Source: Candidatus Udaeobacter sp.
GTDB lineage: Bacteria > Patescibacteriota > Patescibacteriia > Magasanikbacterales > GWA2-37-8
DNA length: 64,000 nucleotides
Direction: 5' to 3'
Assembly (NCBI GenBank): GCA_035473115.1
Contig: DATION010000007.1
Span: 41,734 to 105,733, forward strand
Shown: positions 1 through 10,341 of the stretch, piece by piece
Position numbering within the stretch: the first letter of the stretch is position 1
Layout: every line of letters starts with the position of its first letter
Position numbers and translations under genes: made by a program
The notes under the pieces: model-generated
Database searches by the model: none
Seen by the model: the letters and a program-made list of their open reading frames with translations, nothing else
What the model was told of the DNA's origin: nothing

Positions 1-897
1 GCCACCGTTGGCACCGTCAGCCAAATCGTTGCCATCGGCAATGACCTGTCCGGCGGTAATGCCAAGCTGAAAGTTGACGATGGAATTGACTTCATCCGGA
101 GTCAGGTCTCGGGTCGCTTGAGCGTGTCCACGAGTTGCGTCATTGGCCTGACGCGTCAGCATGCCTTGGATATCAGTCGCAGACGATGGGCCAGCGATAC
201 CCGTTGGATCGGGAGCGCTGGTGTTCGCTCGGAGCTTGTTCTCGCGGCCGTCCCACATGATCGTGCTGTCGAACTTAAGGTTCGCAGTCGGCAGAGGGCG
301 CCGGAATAGTGACAGCTCCGCAGCGCTTGCAAAATGGTAAGGATCATCGACTGCATCGAGAGCGAATTCGGCGCCAGCTGGAATTGGTAGGCCGACGCGA
401 ATCAACCCCTTGGTCAGCAGCATGCTGAAAGCCTTTTTCCTCTTTCCAAGCGTGGAAAGGTCCGCATTTGGCGAGTTTGACCCGTCATTGGTGCGGAAGA
501 TCGCGCAGAATCCGGAAGTGTCCGTGTCGTTGGCCTCGCCGACTCCTCCGTTGCAGAGCTTGAAAAACAGCGTCGTGAACTTTGGAGTGATGGTCCAGCC
601 AGTGAAGGGAGCGTGACAGCTGACACAGCGTCGTCCGTTTGACCCCAGACTCTGAAAGAACAGGTTGCTTGAGTCGATGGAACCAGACGAACTGACCGAA
701 GCAAAAAACCCATTTGGGCTGGTGATCGGTAAGTGATCTCCAACCTGCTGGGCAAAGTTGCTCACGATCGTAACCATCTGATCGGTCTGACCCATCTGGG
801 GCGTATTGCCGCCACCAGCTTGGGTATCACACCCAGATGATCCGAAAAACAGTCCGAGACCAAACAGCCATGCAAGAACATACGATTTTCTCAACAT
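1..897 (-). CDS. Secreted lipoprotein with CxxCH haem-c motif (RCVSCH) and WDGR motif; putative di-haem cytochrome c peroxidase/MauG-like c-type cytochrome. 5' part only; the ORF runs off the window start.
   Basis: Manual minus-strand translation is open from 897 to position 1. It begins MLRKSYVLAWLFGLGLFFGSSGC (signal peptide plus lipobox-like Cys), then CVSCH and IMWDGRE. GC ~57% against ~38% elsewhere. This frame is absent from the ORF track, presumably because it is truncated at the window edge. Confidence 0.45.
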   Translation of the reverse strand, partial: MLRKSYVLAWLFGLGLFFGSSGCDTQAGGGNTPQMGQTDQMVTIVSNFAQQVGDHLPITSPNGFFASVSSSGSIDSSNLFFQSLGSNGRRCVSCHAPFTGWTITPKFTTLFFKLCNGGVGEANDTDTSGFCAIFRTNDGSNSPNADLSTLGKRKKAFSMLLTKGLIRVGLPIPAGAEFALDAVDDPYHFASAAELSLFRRPLPTANLKFDSTIMWDGRENKLRANTSAPDPTGIAGPSSATDIQGMLTRQANDATRGHAQATRDLTPDEVNSIVNFQLGITAGQVIADGNDLADGANGG

Positions 898-1123
898 TCT
901 GTGTATCCTGCCTTCTTTTTACCGCTCTGTACTCCTGGTTTTACTTCTTACTTTTTTCTCTTGAGGATTCAAGAGTGAGAGGATAGTATCATAAAAGCTA
1001 ATATTAAGCAAAGGTAGGGGTGTGGATGAGTTTTTTATGTTTTATTTTATTTTGACCAGCAAATTATAATATGGTACAAAAGATATTCGCGAGAACGTTG
1101 ACAACAATCAGAGAGGATAAGTC

Positions 1124-1990
1124 ATGACCAGATTTCTCAGGCAGTTGGTAATTATTGGAATGGCATTATTGCTTGTTGGTTCGTGCGGTTCGCACCGAAA
1201 CCATCCAATAAATGTGCACAGGCTTTGCGACCATAATTCTGCGACAGCTCAATTGCGTCCGTCAGAAGCAGCGGTATCACCAGAAAATCTGCTTACATAT
1301 CGAGGCGGTCGGTTGCTAACTTCCGTAGTAGTTCAACCTATTTTTTGGGGATCAGTAGCTTGGAGTAGTCCTCAGATTAACACTGTACCAAAAAAGATCG
1401 CCGATTTTTTTGCCGCGATCTTGAAGAAGGGCAGTGTTTTCAATGCACAGTTAGCTGAGTACAGTCTGTCTGGCCGTCCGCAATTTGGTCCCGGCAGTTT
1501 GCTGGCTAGTGTAGTTGTAAATTCAAGCCCGCCCAAGCGAGTTTCTGATGCGGCGATTCGTACTGCACTTGCTGGCTGGATTCGTCAAGGAGTTGTGGCT
1601 GCCACTCGTCAGCAGACTTTCTATGCCATATATTTGCCGCCCGGAACTGTTTCGGTCAATGGCCGAGAGATGTCTTGCCGTGATTACTGTGGTTATCACG
1701 ATTCGTTTGTAAGTAATGGTGTCAGTGTTTTTTACGCTGTACTGCCGTACCCATCTTGCCAGGGCTGTTTGCCAAGAGTTTCTTTTGAGAGGCTGCTTGA
1801 TCCGGCCAGCGCGCTCATGGTAGTCAGTTCGCATGAGCTGGCCGAAGGACAGACAGATCCAATTCCAGGAGAGGGTTGGTATAACGATATCAATGGAGAA
1901 AATGGAGATTATTGCGTTGGCCAGATACGCCAAGAGGGAAACTTCTTCATCCAAAAAGAATGGTCCAACCGGGCCGGCGCCTGTCTTTAA
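1124..1990 (+). CDS. Hypothetical secreted lipoprotein
   Basis: 288-aa ORF with N-terminal signal and lipobox (LLVGSCGS); no catalytic motif recognised; intermediate GC. Confidence 0.5.
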   Translation: MTRFLRQLVIIGMALLLVGSCGSHRNHPINVHRLCDHNSATAQLRPSEAAVSPENLLTYRGGRLLTSVVVQPIFWGSVAWSSPQINTVPKKIADFFAAILKKGSVFNAQLAEYSLSGRPQFGPGSLLASVVVNSSPPKRVSDAAIRTALAGWIRQGVVAATRQQTFYAIYLPPGTVSVNGREMSCRDYCGYHDSFVSNGVSVFYAVLPYPSCQGCLPRVSFERLLDPASALMVVSSHELAEGQTDPIPGEGWYNDINGENGDYCVGQIRQEGNFFIQKEWSNRAGACL

Positions 1991-2051
1991 AAAGGCGCTA
2001 AATAGTTAGGCTAGTCAAGACGAATCTATCATGGCTAGCAATCGCAGTAGA

Positions 2052-2120
2052 AAACCACCTCTGTACTCATTGTTTTTCATTAAAAAATGGAAAATAGCGA
2101 GCAGGTGGTTTTTTGTTTAT
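2052..2120 (+). terminator. Putative rho-independent terminator / structured leader upstream of mgtE
   Basis: 10-bp stem aaaaccacct / aggtggtttt enclosing an inner hairpin, followed by a T-run (ttttttgttt). Confidence 0.35.
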
Positions 2121-2177
2121 AAATAAAGGTATGTTGTAAAAATAAGTAAAATGGAGTAAGCTATAGAAAATTTTAAT

Positions 2178-3530
2178 ATGGAACTATCTCTAATTGAACA
2201 TTTAGAAAATTTAGTACGGGAAAAAAATAATCAAGAACTGCAGCAGTTTTTGGAACACGAAGATGCCAGATCAGTGGCCGAAATTATTAATGAAATTCCC
2301 AGCGGAAAGCTAGAGATTTTTGTTCTGCTTCCTCCAGAAAAACAGGCTGCAGTGCTCAGGCTTTTTTCTGATTCCACTCGAGAAATTGTGCCTCCGCAAC
2401 TACCAGATTCTATGCTTGCCCGCCTGTTTCATTTTTTGGATGAAGATAACGCGACCGATATTTTACAGCAGCTGCCAAGCGAACGTCAGAACAATATTTT
2501 AAAAGGTGTTAGTGAAGACCGCCGTTTGCGCATTGAAAAATTATTAAAGTTTGGACCGGAAACAGCTGGCGGTTTGATGGACTTGAATTTTATTGAATTG
2601 CCAGCCGCAACCAAAATTAATGAAGTGATCGATGCTGTGCAAAAATATGCCAAGCAGCATAAGCAGGTGCCAATTGTTATGCTGCAGACAAAAGATGGTG
2701 TGCGTTGGGCGCCGGCTCGCAAGCTTGTTTCTGCTCCAAAAAATGTTGAAATAGTTCGTGTATCGCGCGAAGTACCGACAATTTTACATACTGCGGATCG
2801 AGAGGAAGTGCTTGAGCTAATGGGCAAAGAAAATGGTGATATTATCTGTGTTATTGATGAGAATAAAAAAATGCTTGGTATTATTCATATTAAAGATCTT
2901 TTGCGTATTGCCCGGGTGGAAGCCAGTGAAGATCTTTACCGCATGGGTGCGGTTGGTCATATCGATACCAGCTATTTAGAAAGTAAATTTTTTACTATTT
3001 GGAAAAAAAGATTTGGCTGGCTTTCCGTTCTTTTTATTGCTGAACTGTTTACTTTTACCGCTTTATCCAGATTTGAATCATCTATTGCTGCTGTGACTGC
3101 TTTGGCTTTGTTTGTTCCTCTGGCTATTTCGACCGGCGGCAATAGCGGCTCTCAAGCTGCTACTATTATCACTCGCGCTATGGCTTTGGGTCATATCAAT
3201 CTGCGCGATTGGTGGAAAGTTTTTCGTCATGAATTTTTTATGGGGATTGTCCTCGGTTTATCTTTAGGAGTTATTGGTTTTTTTCGAGCTTCTCTTACTC
3301 CGCAGCATATTCTGGGTTCAGCCAATCGTTTAATTATTGGGTCAGTCATTGGACTATCAGTTGCCGGTATCTGTCTTTGGGGAACATTAGTTGGTTCCAT
3401 GTTGCCAATCGCTTTCAAAAGGCTGGGAGTTGATCCCGCCTATGCCAGCAGTCCGTTTGTGGCCACGTTTGTGGATGTGACGGGAATTATAATCTATTTT
3501 TCCATTGCTAACGCGTTTATTTTAGGTTAA
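2178..3530 (+). CDS. mgtE: Magnesium transporter MgtE
   Basis: MgtE N-domain, CBS pair and C-terminal TM domain with the PFVATFVDVTGIIIYF signature. Confidence 0.9.
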   Translation: MELSLIEHLENLVREKNNQELQQFLEHEDARSVAEIINEIPSGKLEIFVLLPPEKQAAVLRLFSDSTREIVPPQLPDSMLARLFHFLDEDNATDILQQLPSERQNNILKGVSEDRRLRIEKLLKFGPETAGGLMDLNFIELPAATKINEVIDAVQKYAKQHKQVPIVMLQTKDGVRWAPARKLVSAPKNVEIVRVSREVPTILHTADREEVLELMGKENGDIICVIDENKKMLGIIHIKDLLRIARVEASEDLYRMGAVGHIDTSYLESKFFTIWKKRFGWLSVLFIAELFTFTALSRFESSIAAVTALALFVPLAISTGGNSGSQAATIITRAMALGHINLRDWWKVFRHEFFMGIVLGLSLGVIGFFRASLTPQHILGSANRLIIGSVIGLSVAGICLWGTLVGSMLPIAFKRLGVDPAYASSPFVATFVDVTGIIIYFSIANAFILG

Positions 3531-3581
3531 TATTTTCTTGCTTAAATTTTTATAGTTTAATTTTTTTAATATTTACTATCT

Positions 3582-3893
3582 ATGAAAACTTGTATAACTT
3601 GCGGTATGCCTTTTGAGGGGGATCATGCTAATGATGTCGCTCTAGAATTAATTGAAGGTCCGGTCTGTAAATTTGACTGTGAAAATGGAAAAATAAAAAG
3701 TGGTGATGAGATCTTCGCGGGTGGAGTCAGTTTTTTTGCCGAATCAGTTACTGATGGCGATCTTGATTTAGCAACTCGCTTAACCAGAAAGAACATGAAG
3801 TCTTTGGCTTACTGGCAAGCTCATCCTTTTGCCAAGCTTGTCGGCGATGAAGCTACAGATGCCGAATTCCAAGTTGCCATGGCAAAATTATAA
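3582..3893 (+). CDS. Hypothetical zinc-ribbon protein
   Basis: 103-aa ORF with CxxC...C..C (MKTCITCG...CKFDC). Confidence 0.4.
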   Translation: MKTCITCGMPFEGDHANDVALELIEGPVCKFDCENGKIKSGDEIFAGGVSFFAESVTDGDLDLATRLTRKNMKSLAYWQAHPFAKLVGDEATDAEFQVAMAKL

Positions 3894-3904
3894 AATAGCT
3901 TGCT

Positions 3905-6511
3905 ATGTCAGAAAAACCTAGTTGTCTTTTGCCAAACTCAATTGTTCCGGCTCATTACGAAATTCATCTTCAGCCGGATTTTGTTAACTTTACATTTGCC
4001 GGGACTGTTTCTATAAACATTAATATTCATGAGTCAGTTGATAAAATAATTCTTCATGCAGCTGATCTGGAAATTAAAAGTTCTGATGTAGCTGTTTGGT
4101 TTGACGAAAATAATTCTGTTGTCTGTAAAGAAATAAATTTTGACGCGGAAGCCCAAACCGCCACTTTTGCTTTTCCTAACCAGCTGCCAAAAGGCGAAGC
4201 TATTTTAAAAATAAAATATACCGGTATTTTAAACGACAAAATGGTTGGGTTTTATCGCAGTAAGTATGTTACGGCTAGCGGTCAGGAAAAATATTTGGCC
4301 ACCACCCAGTTTGAAGCCACCGATGCTCGCCGCGCTCTGCCTTGCTGGGATGAACCGGCACGCAAAGCTACTTTTGATGTCAATTTAATTGTGCCAAAAA
4401 ATTTGGTCGCTTTATCCAACATGCCAGTAAAGTCGACCAAAGTTTTGGAAAATACTGACTTACAAACTGTAAGTTTTGAACGCACGCCAATAATGTCTAC
4501 ATATTTATTGGCCTTTGTAGTTGGTGAATTTGAATTTGTGGAAACCAAAACTAACAACGGTACTCTAGTTAGAGTTTATACGATGTTAAAAAAATCTCAT
4601 CAAGGCATGTTTGCTTTAGATGTCGGCCGCAGATCTTTGGAACTATATAATAATTATTTTGCTTTCCCTTATCCTTTGCCAAAATTAGATATGATTGCTA
4701 TTCCGGATTTTGCTTCGGGAGCCATGGAGAACTGGGGACTGGTAACTTACCGAGAAAATGCCTTATTAATTGATGAAACTAATTCGTCTTCGGCCAGCAA
4801 ACAGCGAGTGGCTGAAGTTGTGGCCCACGAATTGGCGCATCAATGGTTTGGTAATTTAGTCACCATGCAGTGGTGGACTAATTTATGGCTAAACGAAGGC
4901 TTTGCTTCTTGGATGGCCAGTTTTGTTTTAGATAAATTATTTCCGGAATGGGATATCTGGACTCAGTTTTTGGCCGATGATTATGCTGATGCTTTGTCAC
5001 TAGATGGTCTGCGTTCCACTCATCCGATTGAGATTCCAGTTAATAACCCCAACGAAATCAGCCAGATTTTTGACGCCATCAGTTATTCCAAAGGCGCCAG
5101 TGTGATACGTATGATTCACGATTTTCTTGGCGCTGATATTTTTCGCGATGGTTTGCGAGTTTATTTAAAGCGGCATGCCTATAGCAATGCTGTAACCGAA
5201 GATTTGTGGCAAGCTTTGGCAGAAGTTTCTGGTCAGCCGGTGCAAAAAATTATGAATACTTGGACCAAGCAGGCTGGTTATCCTCTTATCCAAATAATTC
5301 AGGAAAATGAAAATATTTGCGCGTTTTCTCAAAAAAGATTTTTGGCTAGCGGCCAGCCGTTAACCAAAGACGAAGCTGATCAGAATTGGCATATTCCGCT
5401 GGCCGCAGAATTAAACCACGAATCTGGCCAATCAGATTTTACCAAATATATTTTTTCTGATACTAGTCCAAAAATTAATATTGATAAAATTAATTTTATA
5501 AAACTTAATAGCGCTCAAATCGCTTTGGCTAGAGTTAATTATTTGCCCCAGCAGTGGCAGAAACTTGCCCAAGCAGTTACCAACGGTTTGTTAAGTCCGG
5601 CAGATCGTTATGGTATTCTTAGTGACGCTTTGGCACTAGTTATTGCTGGCCACTTGTCGTCGGCAGAATTAATTAATTTATTATCAGCTTATAAAACCGA
5701 AGATAATTTTGTGGTTTGGGCGGTAATTTTAAGATCATTGGGCGTATTAGGAAATGTTTTGGAGGAAACTCCGGAAAAAATTTATTTTGAATCTTTTGCT
5801 AAATCCACTCTGGCGCCGATTGTGAGCAGATTGGGTTGGGAGGAATCTGCTGATGAATCTCATACCACCAAACTTTTGCGCGGCAATGTATTATCTTCTA
5901 TGGGCAGCTACGGACATGACCAAACGGTTGCCGAAGCTAAATCTCGTTTTAAAAATCATGCTGCTAATATTTCTCCTGCCGAGCCAAATCTGCGTCATGC
6001 CATTTATGGTACTGCTGCCAAACATGGGGACAAAGAAGTTTTTGCTAGCGTAGTTGGTTTATACCAAAAAGAAACTTTTCAGGAAGAAAAAGTTCGTTTG
6101 TTGTCGGCTCTGGGAAGATTCGCTGATTCGGAATTTTTACCAACTGTGCTTGAGTACGGTTTTAATTCCGGAGAAGTGCGTTCCGGAGATTTTATTTATC
6201 TGCTTGGTTCAATGGGCGGGCATGCTAATGGCCGCCGGGCCGCTTGGAATTTTTTGACCAGTAATTGGTCTAGTTTTACTCAGCGTTATGCTGCTGGCGG
6301 TCTTAAAATGTTGGGTCGGATTATTTCTTTGATTTGCGATGGTTTTATAAATAAAGAAGATGCAAAAATAATTGAACAGTTTTTTAAAGATAACCCCGCG
6401 CCTAGCGCCGATAGATCGATCGCTGAAGCTATTGAACGAATTAATGTCAGAGCCGCTTGGTATGAGCGTGATAAAGATATAATTATTGAAGCGCTTAAAA
6501 AATTACAATAA
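3905..6511 (+). CDS. pepN: Aminopeptidase N (M1 family metallopeptidase)
   Basis: GAMEN motif (GAMENWGL) and the HELAHQWFGNLVT...WLNEGFA zinc-binding HExxH-(18)-E motif. Confidence 0.9.
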   Translation: MSEKPSCLLPNSIVPAHYEIHLQPDFVNFTFAGTVSININIHESVDKIILHAADLEIKSSDVAVWFDENNSVVCKEINFDAEAQTATFAFPNQLPKGEAILKIKYTGILNDKMVGFYRSKYVTASGQEKYLATTQFEATDARRALPCWDEPARKATFDVNLIVPKNLVALSNMPVKSTKVLENTDLQTVSFERTPIMSTYLLAFVVGEFEFVETKTNNGTLVRVYTMLKKSHQGMFALDVGRRSLELYNNYFAFPYPLPKLDMIAIPDFASGAMENWGLVTYRENALLIDETNSSSASKQRVAEVVAHELAHQWFGNLVTMQWWTNLWLNEGFASWMASFVLDKLFPEWDIWTQFLADDYADALSLDGLRSTHPIEIPVNNPNEISQIFDAISYSKGASVIRMIHDFLGADIFRDGLRVYLKRHAYSNAVTEDLWQALAEVSGQPVQKIMNTWTKQAGYPLIQIIQENENICAFSQKRFLASGQPLTKDEADQNWHIPLAAELNHESGQSDFTKYIFSDTSPKINIDKINFIKLNSAQIALARVNYLPQQWQKLAQAVTNGLLSPADRYGILSDALALVIAGHLSSAELINLLSAYKTEDNFVVWAVILRSLGVLGNVLEETPEKIYFESFAKSTLAPIVSRLGWEESADESHTTKLLRGNVLSSMGSYGHDQTVAEAKSRFKNHAANISPAEPNLRHAIYGTAAKHGDKEVFASVVGLYQKETFQEEKVRLLSALGRFADSEFLPTVLEYGFNSGEVRSGDFIYLLGSMGGHANGRRAAWNFLTSNWSSFTQRYAAGGLKMLGRIISLICDGFINKEDAKIIEQFFKDNPAPSADRSIAEAIERINVRAAWYERDKDIIIEALKKLQ

Positions 6512-6519
6512 AATAACAA

Positions 6520-6553
6520 AATCGACTGTGTACGGCAGTCGATTTTTGTTTGG
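6520..6553 (+). terminator. Rho-independent terminator after pepN
   Basis: aatcgactg-tgtacgg-cagtcgatt hairpin followed by a T-run. Confidence 0.6.
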
Positions 6554-6583
6554 TGTTTTTTCTCCGTACAAGAGGTTTGGTGT

Positions 6584-7147
6584 CTAGTTCGGATCAAGGG
6601 CGTCTGTGGAAGAGACAGCTTGTTGATGTGATTGGCCAAGTTTTATAATGACCATCTTTAGCAGGCGTGCCGCTTCATATTGATCCATCATACCGCCGTC
6701 AAACAGTTCGTTACAGGCATGGTACACCGAAAAAATATCTTCCACATAGCCGCACTCCAATTCGATATCTCTGGATACGCTTACTAGAGTAGCATGTAAA
6801 GAAGCGCTAGGCTCATTTTCATCATCCTCATCATCATATTCGTCTTGTTCGTTTCCCCATTCTATTTCCCAGCTTGGAGTAAAATCATCTGGTATGGCAA
6901 CGTTGAGAATTCTTTCTAGCACCTCCGCCATGTCAGTGCATAGGCCTGCACTTTTGGCAGTTTCAAAGATAGTTTCCTCTTGCGCGGGAGTAATGGTATT
7001 GGCTTTAACCATCTCTACGGTAGTTGCCGTTACTCCAGACAGAGCGAATACACAGACGGGGTTAAAATCCTCAGCGCCGATAAATCCAAACATAATCCCC
7101 AAGGCTCGCAGTATGTCTTTAGGGCTGCCTTTTTGAAATTGGGCCAT
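6584..7147 (-). CDS. Hypothetical acidic protein
   Basis: ORF track gives 6584..7198; the ATG at 7147 is preceded by a GGAGAAAA Shine-Dalgarno and is preferred. Contains a DEYDDEDDENE acidic stretch; no known domain recognised. Confidence 0.4.
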   Translation of the reverse strand: MAQFQKGSPKDILRALGIMFGFIGAEDFNPVCVFALSGVTATTVEMVKANTITPAQEETIFETAKSAGLCTDMAEVLERILNVAIPDDFTPSWEIEWGNEQDEYDDEDDENEPSASLHATLVSVSRDIELECGYVEDIFSVYHACNELFDGGMMDQYEAARLLKMVIIKLGQSHQQAVSSTDALDPN

Positions 7148-7215
7148 GAGTGTTTTCTCCTGTAAAGAGTTTTTAACATGGTCGAGAAAAACTGTCAATT
7201 AAAAAAAGTTTTATT

Positions 7216-7722
7216 TTATTCTATCTTAATAATTTTATATTCAACTTCTTTAGTATTTGTTTTAATTTTTATTATTTCGCCAACTTTGTGTCCCATCAGT
7301 GCCGCGCCGATCGGGGAGTTATGAGAAATAATTCCTTGTTGCGGATTGGTTTCTACAGATCCTAGAATTTGAAAAGTTACGACCCCGCGTTCGTTTTGAA
7401 TTGTTACTTTATGTCCAAGTTCAACAGTGTCAGTATGTTTCTGATTAGGAATAACAACTGCATTTTTTAACTGATTTTCTATTTTTAAAATATTATCATT
7501 TATTCCGCGCAAGCGCCCTTTGGCCAGTTGATATTCCACATTTTCCGAAAAATCTCCCAGTTCAGCCAGTCTTTTTACTTCTTCGGCTGCTTTCGGTCTG
7601 GTAAAGTTTTTTAATCTATCTAGTTTATTTTGTAATTCCAAAATTTTCCCCTCAGTTAAAAGTGGGTCAGATTTAATTTGGCTATATTTTCCCGGTTTGC
7701 GGTAGGGGACTTGCATATCCAA
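7216..7722 (-). CDS. greA: Transcription elongation factor GreA
   Basis: N-terminal coiled-coil plus C-terminal FKBP-like domain typical of GreA (…AELGDFSENVEYQLAKGRLRGI…SPIGAALMGHKVGE…). Confidence 0.85.
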   Translation of the reverse strand: MDMQVPYRKPGKYSQIKSDPLLTEGKILELQNKLDRLKNFTRPKAAEEVKRLAELGDFSENVEYQLAKGRLRGINDNILKIENQLKNAVVIPNQKHTDTVELGHKVTIQNERGVVTFQILGSVETNPQQGIISHNSPIGAALMGHKVGEIIKIKTNTKEVEYKIIKIE

Positions 7723-7788
7723 AATTGTAATCTATTTTTGGTACTTTATCAATTGCTAGGCTTAGGCTGGCCTCTTGTTTTAATTTGA

Positions 7789-7817
7789 TTGACACTTTGT
7801 TAATTTCCCTCTATAAT
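7789..7817 (+). promoter_or_regulatory. Consensus sigma70-type promoter upstream of infB
   Basis: TTGACA (7789-7794), 17-bp spacer, TATAAT (7812-7817); lies 27 bp upstream of the infB ATG. Confidence 0.6.
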
Positions 7818-7843
7818 AAGGGAACTTTATTATCTTTGTTTAC

Positions 7844-9862
7844 ATGAATGTCTCTGAATTAGCCAGACAACTCAAAATTCATCCGCAGAAACTTTTGCAA
7901 ATTTTGCCTGAGTTTGGTTTTGATATCGGCGCAAAGGCTGTAAAGATAGATGATCGCGTTGCCCAACAAGTCACTCGACAGTGGAAGCGCATCAAATTTA
8001 TTTTGGAAGAAAGAGAAATAAAAGAAAAAGAAAAACAGAAAGAATTAGAAAAAGAAGCTCGTCAAAGCAGCGGCCTTACTGTTTCTATTCCCAATAAAAT
8101 TACCGTTCGTGAATTGGCCGATTTGTTGCAAGTGCCGGTTACCAGACTCATAATGGAATTCATGAAAAATGGTATTTTGGCTACGCAAAATGAAAACATT
8201 GATCATGACACTGCCGCGCTCGTAGCTCAAGACTTAGGGTTTGGCGTAGCAGAAGCTCAAACTGAAACTAAAGAAGAAGAGCCAACTCAACATGTAGAAA
8301 ATTTAGAAAATATTTTAAATACCGATGCCACTGTTTCTCGTCCGCCCATTATAGTGGTAATGGGTCACGTTGATCATGGTAAAACCAAATTACTCGATGC
8401 TATTCGAAGTACAAATGTGATGGCTCAAGAAGCTGGGGGTATTACCCAGCATATTGGCGCCTATCAGGTTGTTTGGACAAATCCAAAGACCAAAGAAAAA
8501 TCGCCACTTACCTTTATTGATACTCCTGGTCATGAAGCGTTTACCGTTATGCGCGGCCGTGGCGCCAAAGTTGCCGATATTGCGGTGTTGGTTGTAGCTG
8601 CCGATGATAGCGTGAAGCCGCAGACAGTCGAGGCAATCAAAATTATTAAAGCGGTAAAATTACCAGTAGTGGTAGCGATAAATAAAATTGATAAAGCGGG
8701 CGCTGATGTAAAAAAGGTGCGCGCTGATTTGGCTCAGTACGATATTATTGCCGAAGAATGGGGCGGGGATACGCCAATGGTAGAAATTTCAGCTAAAGAT
8801 AACTTAAATATTGATAAACTTTTGGATGTTTTGCTTTTGGTGGCCGATGTTCATGCCGATGATGTCAAAGCCAATCCTAGCCGACCGGCCGCAGGTACAG
8901 TTATTGAAGCGCATGTTGATAAAGGCGAAGGCCCGGTAGCCACTATTTTGGTCCAGACCGGAACCTTAAAATTAAACGATCCTTTGGTAGTTAACGGCGA
9001 AATTTATGGCAAAGTCCGCGCCATGAAAAATTATAAAGGCGAAAATTTACAAGAAGCGCCGCCAAGTTGTCCGGTCAGAATTTTGGGCTTTAAAGTTGCT
9101 CCGCAAGTGGGAGATATTTTGGATGTGGGCAGCGCCAGCTCGGCCACGGAAATAAATTTAAAAGAAAAAAGAAATAAACAATCCGGCGCGGAGAAAAAAG
9201 TAATTTCAGCCACCGCCGATGTTGAGGAAGAAGAGAAAAAGAAAGTTTTAAATTTAGTTATTAAAGCTGATACACTCGGGTCTTTAGAAGCGATCATTGG
9301 ATCTTTAGAAAAAATTAAACATGACGAAGTTGGTGTTCGTATAATCGGTAAAGGTTTGGGAAATATTATGGCCGATGATGTGGCTAAAGCCGAAACTGCC
9401 CAAGCGATTATTTGCGGGTTCAATGTATTGCCGGCGCCAACCGCTCAACGGATGATTCAAGATAAAAATATACAGTTTTTACAATTCAGTGTAATATATG
9501 CTTTGCTGGATTTTGTGAAAGGCGAATTAAAGAAGCTTTTGAATCCGGAAAAAATTGTTATCGAACTTGGCAAGATGCGCGTGGCTGCTATTTTCCGCAC
9601 GGCCAAAGGCAGTATGATTGTTGGTGGACGAGTGGAAGATGGAAAGTTGAAAAAAGACGCCAAAGTACGCGTACGCCGAAGCGGAGAAGTTGTTGGTTTG
9701 GGTAAATTAGCTCAATTGCAATCTGGAAAACAGACAGTTAACGAATTACCGGAAGGCAATGAAGGTGGTTTGCAATTTGACGGTAAGGTAAAATTGGAAG
9801 TTGGGGATTTGTTAGAAGCTTATACGGAAGAAGAAAAAGAAAAGAAGTTGATTTTAGAATAG
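7844..9862 (+). CDS. infB: Translation initiation factor IF-2 (short N-terminus)
   Basis: G-domain motifs GHVDHGKT and DTPGHEAF; IF-2 domain architecture. Confidence 0.9.
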   Translation: MNVSELARQLKIHPQKLLQILPEFGFDIGAKAVKIDDRVAQQVTRQWKRIKFILEEREIKEKEKQKELEKEARQSSGLTVSIPNKITVRELADLLQVPVTRLIMEFMKNGILATQNENIDHDTAALVAQDLGFGVAEAQTETKEEEPTQHVENLENILNTDATVSRPPIIVVMGHVDHGKTKLLDAIRSTNVMAQEAGGITQHIGAYQVVWTNPKTKEKSPLTFIDTPGHEAFTVMRGRGAKVADIAVLVVAADDSVKPQTVEAIKIIKAVKLPVVVAINKIDKAGADVKKVRADLAQYDIIAEEWGGDTPMVEISAKDNLNIDKLLDVLLLVADVHADDVKANPSRPAAGTVIEAHVDKGEGPVATILVQTGTLKLNDPLVVNGEIYGKVRAMKNYKGENLQEAPPSCPVRILGFKVAPQVGDILDVGSASSATEINLKEKRNKQSGAEKKVISATADVEEEEKKKVLNLVIKADTLGSLEAIIGSLEKIKHDEVGVRIIGKGLGNIMADDVAKAETAQAIICGFNVLPAPTAQRMIQDKNIQFLQFSVIYALLDFVKGELKKLLNPEKIVIELGKMRVAAIFRTAKGSMIVGGRVEDGKLKKDAKVRVRRSGEVVGLGKLAQLQSGKQTVNELPEGNEGGLQFDGKVKLEVGDLLEAYTEEEKEKKLILE

Positions 9863-9890
9863 TTTATTTATATTTTAATTATCTTTAAGT

Positions 9891-10214
9891 ATGGAGCAAG
9901 TATTTACCGACGCAAATTTTGAGGAGGAAGTTTTAAAATCAAATGTACCGGTGTTTGTGGATTTTTGGGCAGTTTGGTGCGGTCCTTGCCAGATGATGAG
10001 TCCGATTGTTGAGGGTTTTGCGAAAGACTATGAAGGTAAAAATATCAAAATCGGCAAATGCAATGTGGATGAAAACCAGGAAACCGCCACTAAGTACAGT
10101 ATTTTAAGTATTCCTTCTTTTGTTGTATTTAAAAATGGCGAAGTCGTAGATCAGGTGGTTGGCGGTATGCCCAAAGAAAAACTGCAAGCGATGTTAGAGA
10201 AGCATTTAGGTTAA
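9891..10214 (+). CDS. trxA: Thioredoxin
   Basis: WCGPC active site; 107 aa. Confidence 0.9.
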   Translation: MEQVFTDANFEEEVLKSNVPVFVDFWAVWCGPCQMMSPIVEGFAKDYEGKNIKIGKCNVDENQETATKYSILSIPSFVVFKNGEVVDQVVGGMPKEKLQAMLEKHLG

Positions 10215-10227
10215 ATTTCTTAAATAT

Positions 10228-10262
10228 TTAAAAACAGATTGCCTAAAAGCGGTCTGTTTTTG
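10228..10262 (+). terminator. Putative rho-independent terminator after trxA
   Basis: aaacagat...gtctgttt stem followed by a T-run. Confidence 0.45.
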
Positions 10263-10341
10263 TTTAAATAAATCTATCATATTTAGAGTTGATTTTTTAT
10301 CCTGTTTTAGGTAAGATATCTAAGATATAGATAATTTATTT

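Noticed and set aside
1991-2177. M-box (Mg2+) riboswitch upstream of mgtE
   Set aside because: Only a terminator-like nested hairpin is visible. The 177-bp leader lacks the long multi-helix conserved M-box core, so it was annotated as a terminator/leader structure.
5841-5860. Second CUGAUGA occurrence inside pepN as a hammerhead core
   Set aside because: No adjacent stem II, no GAA in register and no stem I/III partners; CUGAUGA alone is expected by chance several times in 64 kb.
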